Source: Vicugna vicugna (lineage: Eukaryota). From it: a stretch of 64,000 bases of DNA. How positions within the stretch are numbered: the first letter of the stretch is position 1; every line of letters begins with the position of its first letter. Under the pieces are notes generated by a model. That model was given only the letters and a program-made list of their open reading frames with translations, was not told the DNA's origin and did no database searches. Positions 38,201 to 49,200 of the stretch are shown one piece after another. The position numbers and the translations under genes are program-made. The DNA lies in NCBI GenBank assembly GCA_013265495.1, contig MU058687.1, positions 1 through 64,000 on the forward strand, read 5' to 3'.

Positions 38201-39524
38201 ATAAATCCTCTGGATTAATGGGGAGCTGTAAGAACTTCTTTCAGTTTTCAGTCTTACTTTCTCTGTTTTTACATCAATAAAAACAGATACAAATCAACTA
38301 TTTCTAAATATAAACCATCTAGTTTTTTCATAGAAGAAAAATCAAACCAAAAACAGCACAAAACATACACATATATTCTTAATATAGCTTAAAATTATCG
38401 TAGATTAGTTAGGTCCCTCAAACAAGTTCAATTTACAACATATGCCACATCCAGTTCATCCTCAAGGGAGAAAACCATCACAACAAAAGCTCCTGCTTAA
38501 TCAACTATTTTTTGTAATTAAGATTCTATCCCAGGTGCATTTTACAGTAGAGTGTTATCACTACTTCTTCTCCCTTTAAAAACCTAGAAATCTAAAATAC
38601 ACAACTAAAGTATATCTGGTTCTCTTAAAAATGCTTCTACAGTACATATTTTGTATTAGGGCCATGAAAAGCCTTAAAATACCTTTACTCTCTACAAAGG
38701 AAACACCTTTTTGCTTTTCTCTTTTGAAACGTCTTACTTGGTTTTCGCTTATTCTCTATACATGAACTGTTCTCAAACCAGTCTGTTTCAGTGTTGACTG
38801 TTTACTGTCAATATGTCTGTGTATACTTAGGTTTCTTACAGACAGTGTTTGACAGTAGAGTGGTAAAAAAGAAAGGGTATATAAGAAGGCATGAGTGAAA
38901 CAAAAGTGGACTACGCTGGAGAAACACCACTCTACTTCATTTCTCTGCCTCAAATTCCCTTTGGTCCTCATGCCAAATAGTATCAATATCTAGAAGGAGG
39001 CCCAACACAGTATGTGATAAGGCAAATACAGAAGAAACCAAATCAGAAACTGAAGAAATTTAATAGAATGTATCACCACCTGAGAAAGAATTACCACAAA
39101 AAGATAGGTAGGTAGATAGGTAGATAGATAGATATAAAACCCGGTTCCTAGATGCCCCTACTGAAGGGTTGTTTTTGCTGCACTGTATGGCTCAACACAG
39201 TTTTTCAAACTCTTTTAACTGTAAGAAATATATTTTACATTGTGACCTAGTACATACAACATGTATGAGCAAGATTTCCAAAAACAATATTTTTCCCTGC
39301 CGTGTGCAATGCTAGTCTATTTCATTTAATTTTCAATGCTGGTGGTAAACTACTAAGTTGATTTTAAAAGTTACTAATAAATCATGATTCACAGTTTGAA
39401 AAACAGGCTTAAAATATGGTAGTCCTTACATTAGGATCTTTTTTTGCAGTTTGCCTCTACCCATCTCTAACAGGGTATGCAGGTATTTTAAGAATTGCTA
39501 CATTAAACTGTTTTCATTAAAGCA

Positions 39525-39693
39525 AGTGATTCTTAAAGTGTTGTCCCCTGACCAACATAAGCATAAGATAAATGCAAAATTCTCAGGCCCCCTCTGTAGA
39601 CCTACAGAATCAGAAACTGTGGATGGGGCCAGCAGTCTGTATTTCACCTGGAGGTGATTATTTAATCACTTCTGGTGCAAGTTTGAGAACTGC
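39525..39693. mobile_element. MER5A-like remnant
   Basis: aagtgattcttaaagtg...aaatgcaaaattctcaggccc...agacctacagaatcagaaact...aagtttgagaac. Confidence 0.75.
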
Positions 39694-41299
39694 ATAAAAA
39701 AATTCAGGTCTTTCTTTATCCTCTACACATTTAATAATCCACTGCTTTCTCTGTGCCAGACACTATTCTAAAAGTTCCACAAATATTAACTCGTGAAAAA
39801 AAACGACACTAAGAAGTAGAAACTATTGTTATCCCTATTATACAGATGAAACTTCAGCACAGAGATAGATTAAGTTGTCTAAGTTAGTTGGTGGAACGAG
39901 AATTCAAACTTATTTCTAATTTGGCGAGGGTAAGCTTATCCTCTTCATGTCTCTCCTCTTTCTCATCAAATTCCCGGTCCTACTTCTTTAGTTAAGCTAC
40001 TCCTACCCTTTCCCCACTGAAATTCCCCATCCTGTCAATGTTCTTTTTTTTTTTTTAACATTATTGCTGTCGTCCTAAAACAAATTCCTTTTCTAAAGCA
40101 CTGTAATTCAAGTCACAACCTTGCTTTTAGGATCTTTTCTCTGGTCCTACACGGCATCTCAATATTAAGCGTCTTCTATTTCTGAAGTCCTTAGAACCTG
40201 TTAATGGCCCCATGTTAATTTCTCACATCTGTCTGGCCAGCTTCCACAAGACCACTACTCTCTTCCTGAGCAACTTTCTCGCTCCCTCCTACTCCGCCCT
40301 ATCTCCTACTCCCTTCCTACAAGGAAACTACTTCTCCCCGCCCACCCCCGTGTCATTTTGCTCCACTTCTCTCCAACAGAGAGAACTTCGACTCCGCAGC
40401 TAGACTCCTCACCCCAGACTCAAACACAGACTACCCCCTCGAGGATTTTTTTCCCCTGGTCTCCCGAGGATCCTCAGACGCACGAGTTCCCAGTCCAGTC
40501 CTGGGTCTCCGATCCCAGACCAGCGGTGGGGGGAAGGGCGCTCCAATTCCACCCCAAGCTGTTCAAGGTCTCCACCGGTCGGACCCTCCGAAGACCCGCA
40601 GCCTCTTAACTCCCCAAGAGCCCTCCTCCCTCGCGACAGCCGCCTTTCTCAGGAGAGTCCTCAGCCCTCTCCCTGCCTTTCCTCGACGCCCTCGCTCGGA
40701 CCCCGACCGCTCCCTGTCCCCCACACTCTGGCCGCCCTCCGTCTCCCCTCTCCCTTGGATCCGGGCCACTCCCAGTCTCCCAGCACCGCAACCCCCCAAC
40801 CAGCTTTCTCCGTTCGGGCCGCTCCCAGACTTCCCGAGCTCCCCTTCTCCCTCGCATTCAAGCTGTCCTGGGCATTCCCGAGTCACCCCGCCTTCCGACC
40901 AGGTCGTAACCGGTCACCCTGGGTCACCCCCCTCTCTGGGACCCCAGCTGCTCCCGTCTCCCCGGGGACCTACCCCTCACACACCGGCTGCCGGTTAGTG
41001 CCCCAGACCCAAGCAGCTGGGCGTTCCAAGGGACCTCCCGGCCTGACCTGCTCGGGTCTGGCCCCAGCCTACCCTGCCACCGCGAACTCCGCGGCCAGGA
41101 GTCGGGCTGTTCTCCCACCAGCCCAGTCAGCGCGAACTCGCCGCCGCCGCCGCCCCCGCCCTGGCTCCCGCCCCAGCCTCGGCCCGCCCCGCCCGCAGTC
41201 CAGGCCCCCCTCCGCTGGCCTTCGCCTCTCCGAGCACCGAACTGGAGTTTCCGCACTGTGACTGCCCCCAGACCTCAGGCCCACGTTACTCGAACTCAC

Positions 41300-41395
41300 C
41301 TGCCGCTGCCCCCGACCAACTCCAGCGCCACTGTCTCTACCTCGGCCGCCAGTAGCCACCAAGCGCCACCACCTCCCCCATGACAACAGGCCCAC
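41300..41395 (-). other. NUMB: Non-coding first exon of NUMB (5' boundary approximate); intron 1 runs past position 1
   Basis: Minus strand reads GGGGGAGGTGGTGGCGCTTGGTGGCTACTGGCGGCCGAGGTAGAGACAGTGGCGCTGGAGTTGGTCGGGGCAGCGGCAG|GTGAGT, with a consensus donor at 41299. Matches the human NUMB 5'UTR as I recall it. Supported by a HEATR4-like exon about 20.6 kb upstream on the same strand. Confidence 0.82.
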
Positions 41396-41600
41396 CCTAG
41401 TTCACATTTCCTACCTCTCCATTGGATAGTGAGGCGGCAGTCCTCTGTTCTGATTGGCTTATTTTACCCGTCCGTCATAGCTTCCTTACCGCCCCTTTTC
41501 CTGGACCCGGTATTAACCCCCTCCCGGACTTGGAGCGTCCTAGGCGAAGCTTTAGTTGTAATTGGTTGATAGTTGGGAAGTTCGAAGTTCTGATAGGCTG
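41378..41600 (-). promoter_or_regulatory. Core promoter with CCAAT boxes and an RFX-like site; no TATA box seen
   Basis: ATTGG at 41421, 41453 and 41561, and variant ATAGG at 41593 (CCAAT on minus). GTTGTCATGG at 41378-41387 resembles an RFX X-box half. Confidence 0.7.
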
Positions 41601-44519
41601 CGGAAAGTGTCTGTTAAGTCAACTGGCAAGGGATGTGACGGCCATGGTTGGTTCGAGTTTGGGCAGTTTGGTTGCGCAGTAGAAAGCAAGGAAGGGGCAG
41701 ACGCTCACGTCCGAGGGGGAGGGTTAACTCTTTGTTGTAGAGTTGACTCTTGGAATCTCACCCCTTTCTCCAGCTGCCTCCCTTTAAGAGGAAGCTTATC
41801 ACTGCTAGCTTTCCCAGAGGGTAGTACTTAAAAAACAGCAACATCAGAGGTTGTGTTTAAGAAGTGTTTCCAACTCCTTGAGAGAAAAGCACTATATAGA
41901 TTAAAGTTCCCCCTTCTTTTCTTGAGGTCCCAGGGTGCCAAATTTCCTTGAAGTTCTTTCCAGAAGTCTCCATTCTAAAGCACAAAGCATAACCGTTTAT
42001 TTAGCAGAAGTCAGTCCACTTTGGTTGCAATTATAAACGTCGTTAATAAACTGAAGTAGTATATTGATTGTTCTCCAGCTTCCAGACTTACCCTGGCTGG
42101 CTGCGAAGTGACCAGGCAGCCATCAGCAAGTTTGGACTAAACGGGCAATTTTACCCTTGTAATGCTCTGGAAATGAGAATTCGGCTCCCTGCAACTTGGT
42201 TTTTCTGCTCAGCAGTTCTTAAATAGCCCTACTAGATATGTGTCAGATACTTTAAAAGCTTGTCTTTTTTTCTAAACTTCTCTTCTTCCTAGCAGTCTAA
42301 ATTAGGACCATTGAATGTACTGCAGTTCTTTTCTCACGTTGGCACAATGCGCAAGAGTAAATGATTGCATTTTTCATTCATTTGGGTACAAATCACAGTA
42401 GGCACTTTTGAGAAATCTAGTGTTGCTATAAAAATTCTTGTGCTCCTAGAAATATATCCATCATTAGCTTTTTGCTTTTCTTTTTCATTTCCACCCACTT
42501 TTCCTGCTCCTAAGTAACAAAATGCTAACCTAACTACTCTTTCAATTTCTTAATCAAATTTAAATATACCTTCCTCACAACTCTACCTATAATACACAAA
42601 TCCACGGGCAATGAAAAATACACTCAGAGATGGATTGGGAGAAGTCAAGAAGGTACTCCACTCATGGGCGTCACTTTATGGTTGGGGACTTCCTGTGGCG
42701 CCAAGAATTTGGACTTTGCCCTTTTCTTCTTCCTGCTAACTCATTGTTCCATATCTCTTCTATTTACCCTCCTGTCCTTTGCAAGCAAACTATGAGTCTA
42801 AAACTGCATGGTTCGTTATCCAACAACAACAAAATATTGTCTATTTTCTAACATATTTTTAGTCAAGTTTGAATAAACCACATACCTCTATCACCAGATT
42901 AAGTGGAAATTATTCCTCCAGTAACTCTACATAACAATAAGGAGTCTTTTCCTGGTTTGTTTCTGGAACTTTGCTCCCCCTTCTCTTATCCTCATCTTCC
43001 AATTTAGAAATAACCTCCCCTTCAATTCAATGACTCATAAAAAGCCTGTAAAAGGAAAGTGGAAAAGCCAAAATAGCTTCAGAAATGTCTGAATCACTCA
43101 GCTGAAGGAAATATCAGACATTGACCATGATAAGATGGAATCCAAGACACAAGGCAAGCCTGAACTAACATCCCATAACAAAAGAAGTAACATGTGAGTG
43201 TTAAGATGCTCCAATGAGAAGACAGGTATCAGTATGTCCTTTACAGAGCTTTTAAATATATTACCAGCAGCTTTCTTCTCCCCAGTCTTGGCAGTGTGCC
43301 CTACTACCAATTTTAGAGCAAGTGAGAAGGTAATTAATGTCCTGGCAGATAGGAAACAATAACATCATAAGAGGGCATGGCCATTATTATGGTACTTTGG
43401 GTAATAATGGCTCTTGCACAGCCATGGTGACTATGTGCCACAGAGAACATAAAATTAGTCCAGCCTCACTAAGAGGACTTGCCATCTAAGTTCGGGAACT
43501 CAAGAAAATTACTATCACAAAACTAGGAAAATTGCCACAAAGGTCAACTATTTGTTTTATTTCATAACCAAAAAAAAAAAGTATTCATAAATGTTTATGC
43601 TCATACATGCATATATGTATTTCTACCACTCCCATTCCTTGTGAAAATCAGTTAAGAAGAAAAATGTAAAATAAACATATACAACCGAGTAAGAAGAGAA
43701 AAAATCTTAAAGAAGGAAGGTTTTAAGGAACATTCTTTGATCCAATAGGAGGCTATTGTGTTATTGAAGCTCATGCAGTAATCGAAAGGTCATTGCTTCT
43801 AGCCTACATTTTGATTTTGCATGCATAAGGTAACCTTATAACATAACTACTTCATCTGGCTTCTCTTTTCTTTCCTGTGTTATGTGCTTCTCCACCACTC
43901 TCAAAGCCCCCTCTTGAAAAGCAAGAACACTGGAGTCGGGGAGTCTGCGGCTTTGTGTTGCACCGGCTGGCTGTGGAGGTGGTGCAGATGGTATCTGTGC
44001 AGAGCCACTTGAGTAAGACCGGGATGGCAGGTATATTAAAGGCAAAAAATAGCCATTATAAATCCTAAGTGGAAAATGATGGACTCAGAGTGGTATCCCA
44101 GTATCTTAGGAGTGGTATGATTTGCCTTGGGCTCTGGTGTGTGCTGGTGCTACTTTTTGCTCTCTTTGCTACTTCTACCCTCTTTTCATCGTATCAATTT
44201 CAGGGGAGCAGAATCCAAGTCTCTTCTCATTTCCGTTTTTGTCAAGCGGCAGGCAGTCTCACTAGGGAAAAGCTCCATTTTGGGGCTTTTTGTTTGTTTG
44301 GTTGTTTGGTTGGTTTGGGATTTTTTTTTTTTCCTCCCTGGTTTCTACGCACAGTTCGAAATGGATTACAGAAGCAAACAACTGGTGGAGAAGATCGCTC
44401 AGATAAGCAGACAAGGGCAGAGCTGCCTGCTAGTAGTTAGGGGCAAAGCCATACTATTTGATATGAGATGGTTCCCTGAGTTTGGGATCCCTGAAAGTGG
44501 AGGCTGACAGAGATAAAGG

Positions 44520-44612
44520 GATTGGAGAGAAGGGAGGGAAGAGAGAGACACAGAGAGAGAGAGACAGACAGAAAGAGAGCTGGGAGAGAGAGAGAGAAGG
44601 CCCACAGAGAAG
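44520..44612. repeat. GA-rich low-complexity tract
   Basis: Imperfect (GA)n with GACA interruptions. Confidence 0.85.
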
Positions 44613-45695
44613 AGGGTAATAAAAGCTAGTAAGAGAGTCAAGAGGCCACATTCAGAGTACTGAGCCAGCTTAGAGTCCTACCCCCACCTCCCTGGCCGTG
44701 AACTTTACACCAGGTTACACAATTATACCAACAAAGTGCAGCCTCTGCCACTGGTTGAAAGGAGAAGGGGGCTAGAGTTCTAGCCTATGGGACCATTGCT
44801 CTACTGACACCTGGAAATCCTCCCTGAGCTCAAAGCCTGTTGCTCTGGCACTGGGGCAAAGCTGACAAGGAAGAATAGGTTCCTGCAACCAGACAAAGAG
44901 CACATCTTCATTTGATTTCATGAAGGTGACCACTGGCATCAAGCTCTGGACAAACAAAGGGAAAATTTCTGGAAGATGTTTTTACCATCCCAAACTGGGG
45001 AGCTCCCAACGAAGGGAGGTGCCAAGCTGCTTTCCATATTGGAACAAAGCACTGTGGTTTCAGTGCTCAAGGCTCTGTTCCGAGGATGGGAAAAAGAGTA
45101 AAAAAAAAAAAGTCAGTGCAAGAGAGTTTTTACTCAGGGAGAACCACTTGCTTTCCAATTCTAGGGGGTCATGTGAATTTTAAATAGCACAACATACCGT
45201 CTCATTATTCAATGCATGCATTTTCATCCTCAAGAAGAGTGTCTGTACCTCTCTACACACCTTGCATAGCATAGTTAAGATGGCTGGAGTGCTTATAAAA
45301 TGGATGGGCAGCAGCTCTTAGCCCTGCCATTGTGTTATTGAATAGATCCCCTGGTTACTATCACCAGATCTATGGGTGGACCAGCCATTCTTCTGCAGCA
45401 GGGAGTGGGCCGCTCAAAGTACTTAGCACCATTTAAACTTTTAGCCATCCCTGTTTTACACACACACAAAGAATTTCCTGGAAACATGGCTACACTCCAA
45501 GGATTTCAGAGAGTAGAATGCTTTTTAGAACTCCAGTTTTCGAGTCACTTGGAATCTCATAAGAAAATAGACTTGAACTCAGACTCTTGAACCTAAATGT
45601 GTTCAGATTCTGGCTCTGCTATTTACAGCTCTGTGACTCTGGGAAAGTTGATTCACCTATCTAAACTTCAATTTCTTCTTCTACACAATGAACTA

Positions 45696-46252
45696 TGTAT
45701 CAGTTATCTCTTGCTGCATAACAAATTACCCCAAAATTTAGTAGCTTAAAACAGCATTTATTATCTCTGTTTCTGTGGGTCAGAAATAATGATGCAGCTT
45801 AACTGGATCCTCTGGCTCTGGGTGTTTCACAAGGCTGCAGTCATCTTAAGGCTCAATTGGGATAAACCTGCATCCGGGCTCATTCATATAATTGTTGGCA
45901 GGATTCTTTAGCTCACAGGCCTTAGATCTTCATGAGCTATCGACTCAAGGCTTCCCTCAGTGTCTTGCCTTATGGATCTCTCAGAGCATTTCAAAACATG
46001 GCAGCTTACTTCATCAGAGCAAGCAAGCTAGCGGGCAAGAGAGAGGACCTGCAAGAGTGAGACTACTAAAAAGACAGAAGTTATAGTCTTTTGCAATCTA
46101 ATCACAGAAGTGACATCCCATCATTCTTGCTACATTTTCTTAGTTAAAAACAAGTCATTAGGTCCAGCCTACACTCAAGGAGAAGGGATTACACAAGGAT
46201 GGAAATACCAGGAGGGGGATCATGGGTGCCACTTTAGAAGCAGCCTACCTTA
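45696..46252 (-). mobile_element. MLT1-type MaLR LTR inserted into a MIR (MIR about 45580-45690 and 46290-46400)
   Basis: tgtatcagttatctcttgctgcataacaaattaccccaaaatttagtagcttaaaacagcatttattatctc...cagaagtgacatcccatca...ttagaagcagcctac. Confidence 0.85.
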
Positions 46253-46257
46253 GGATC

Positions 46258-46293
<36 letters not shown>
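46258..46293. repeat. (ATA)n microsatellite
   Basis: Direct reading. Confidence 0.95.
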
Positions 46294-46294
<1 letters not shown>

Positions 46295-49200
46295 CTGCTT
46301 GTAGGCTTTGTTTAAAGATTAAATGAGAGAATATGTTCAGTTCAGGGCCTGGCTTATATTTATGTACCTGCTATATACAATAACTGTTATTACTGTTAAT
46401 GTTATGATTGAGTATATAATGATTGGTTTTCTCTTTCTTCTAGCTAGTAGAAGAAAACCTTTTATGAGCAATAAATGAGATAATATACATAATTCAGGAA
46501 AGACCTGACAGATAGTAAGTTCTCAGTAACCATTAATTATTATTAACATTATATGAGTATGTGATATCTGGTTGCTTCTCCAAGCTACTGGAAGGATATG
46601 CTATGACTACAGTTAACTTTTCAAGAATGGTCATATTTACAAATATATTGTCTCATTTATCCATGTGTACCCTGTACTTGCCAGACCATAATTCCAGATC
46701 TGGGCTCATAAAATATGACCAACAAAGCCATGATCCAGTCTAATTTCCTGCCTGACCTATACTAAGAAAGATATGCTCAAAACCAGCAAGATGGGCTAAT
46801 CATGGCAGCACCTCCAATAGGTGGAAATCAAGCCTGGATCCATGAAAGTTCCAGAGAGAGGGAAGTGTGCCCAGAATGAGCAGGGACTTGGCTGTGTGAC
46901 TTTTGTTCCCTTTAAAAGAAGCTGGTCACTGTGCAGTCGGCTGTTAGTCCTTAACTGAGGATGAGAGGAAGGAGGATCCTACTCAGGCTCTGTGGGTGGA
47001 GTAAGGGTGCTCAAGAGACAATTTTCACACCTGGATTGGGAGTAGTCAGAGCAAGGAGACTGAAGAAAGAGCAATTTTGCAATCAGGAAATTGAAAGAAG
47101 AGAGTCCAGTTTGCAACATGAAAGAAACATTACTAGGAGGTTAGAGTGACCCAGCAGGGCTGGGTTGAGTGGCTTCCTTATAAGGGAGGAGGATATTGAC
47201 GGCTGGCCTGTGGCCAGAGAAAATGAGGAACTATAATCAAGGAAACCCCATTATTTTGGCCTTGAGTCATTCCTTGGGCTCACCCATGATTATTATATAA
47301 GAAAGATGGAAAGAAAAAAAAAAAACTCTCCTAAAGTATAAAGGATCTTTAAACCAAAAACACTGTAGAAAGACAAAATCCAGTGCATAGCTCATCTCTC
47401 TCACCTTTTCAGGCCAGGAGTATCTACTTAAATATTCTCTTTCTCACCCCCTCTCTTCCTTCCTTCTCCTCGTATTTGTACATGTTCTTTCCTTCTGTCT
47501 GTGTTCCATGCAGAAGAAAAAACTACCCTCAAAGGAAATGCCTTAGGATCCTTTAGATTAGAACTCTTCCTGACCCGGAGTTACCATCTCAAGTAGTTTC
47601 TGCTGTGGTGCTAGACCGTTAGAGCCCAATAAATACGCACAGATGATGACAGTTGCACCTCTGCCTTCAAATCAAGTCACCTGTGCAGCTGATTTAAGCA
47701 GGCCCCCTAATTTTCTGAGCTGCATCAGCCCTGGCCCCTTGTCCTCTGGGCACATTCCCAGGCATTACTAGGTTTGGACACAGAAAGGCTCAAAGCAGAA
47801 GTTGCTGGGAAAGTTCTGTGAGGTTAAAGGAGAGGTGTGTAGCAATATACAGTTCCTCTTCCTGTCTTTCTTGTCTCCTCTTCTTCTAATTCTGCTTTTC
47901 CTCTGCGTTTGAAAAAGAAGAGACTTATAAATATGTCTCAATACCTCTCAGTAGCCAGAGAAGACCTCTGTACGCTTTTTTGCAGGATAGCCAGTTTTAG
48001 AAGAGAAAGAAGGGGTGAGGAGATGAGGAGTTGCCCCCAGGAAGTCTGCCTACACAATAGGGATAATGTATTTATTTATTCAGCCCTTTCCTACAGGCAG
48101 CCAGAGCAGCAGCCATTTCATTTTGCCCTCAGGAAGTGTATTTAGTGGTAGGCTTTCTTTCTTTTCCTGTTAGTTTCCTGCAAAAGGACATCAGTGTCTC
48201 CTCAGAGCAGCAGCTGATAAGTATGTTGTTGCTCAAGTGAAGGCAGACAGGCGGGCACGTCCCGTAGCAGACCCAGATCATCCCCAGGGCATGGAGAATG
48301 GGATGTGGATGTGGGCCTGGTATGGAAATAAAATAACTTGATTTTTCACACCTATTTGCCTCATGCTATCTTCCTGCCTGAAATACTCTCTCTAGCGGGA
48401 TACGATAATTACACCTTCCACTTGTATAGAATTTCACACTTTCCCAAGATAGTGTCACATTGTACAAGCAGAGTTGCAGGCACTGTATTTGACATAGCCT
48501 GGGAGTTACTTGGGAGGGTTAATATGAGGAGGCAGCTTTGGATTTAACTTTATATTCTGGATAAATTACCCCAAGTTGGATTCCATTAACCAGCTCCTAC
48601 TCAGACTATAGATAAGATCTCACCTTCAAAGTGACTTCTACAGGGGGCCTACTGACATCCTCTCTTCCAGCCACCATTGGGTTGGGTGCCCATCTTACAC
48701 ACACTGCACTTCCTTGTTGGATATACCCATCCCACGTGGAAACTTGCTTAATGCCTAGCCCTCCTGCAGCATTGTGATACCAAGGGCCTCCATCCTGCTC
48801 ATAGCTCCTAGCTCAGGGCCTGACCCAAAGTAGTTCACTAAGTGTTTAGTGAATGAATGAGTCAGGAGCTGTCTCTAGGAGCAGCCTTCCCACCCTATAC
48901 CATCATTTATTTTGGGGTGGTGCTATGGGAGTTATAAAAAATGCATTGCTAATTATCATATAATGGTCACTAGTGGTTACAGTAGGTAAAAGCACAGTGG
49001 TGGAGTATGACGATATAAAGCCCTCCACCAGTGTGTACAGTGCCTTCCCTGCATTATGAATTTGGAATCTCACTGCTTATCTCTTTTGGACTCCCATAAA
49101 TAAACAGGATTACTCCTTTAGTTGCCAACCATGGGGACAGGGAGAACTCAGTTTCCTCTGACTCAATGGTTTCACTCTCTGGTCTGAAAACTAAATTAAA

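Larger units (their letters stand above)
40400..41720. promoter_or_regulatory. NUMB: CpG island over the promoter, exon 1 and start of intron 1
   Basis: The only extended GC- and CpG-rich segment in an otherwise CpG-depleted window, with GC-box-like ccgccc runs at 41140-41200. Confidence 0.93.

Noticed and set aside
40358..41831. Cluster of overlapping ORFs on both strands
   Set aside because: Expected from stop-codon scarcity in a GC-rich CpG island; the translations are low-complexity P/R/G/S.
44069..44507. 123-aa and 126-aa ORFs as a divergent gene from the NUMB promoter
   Set aside because: Non-ATG starts, T-rich low-complexity content, and no recognisable domain or exon structure.
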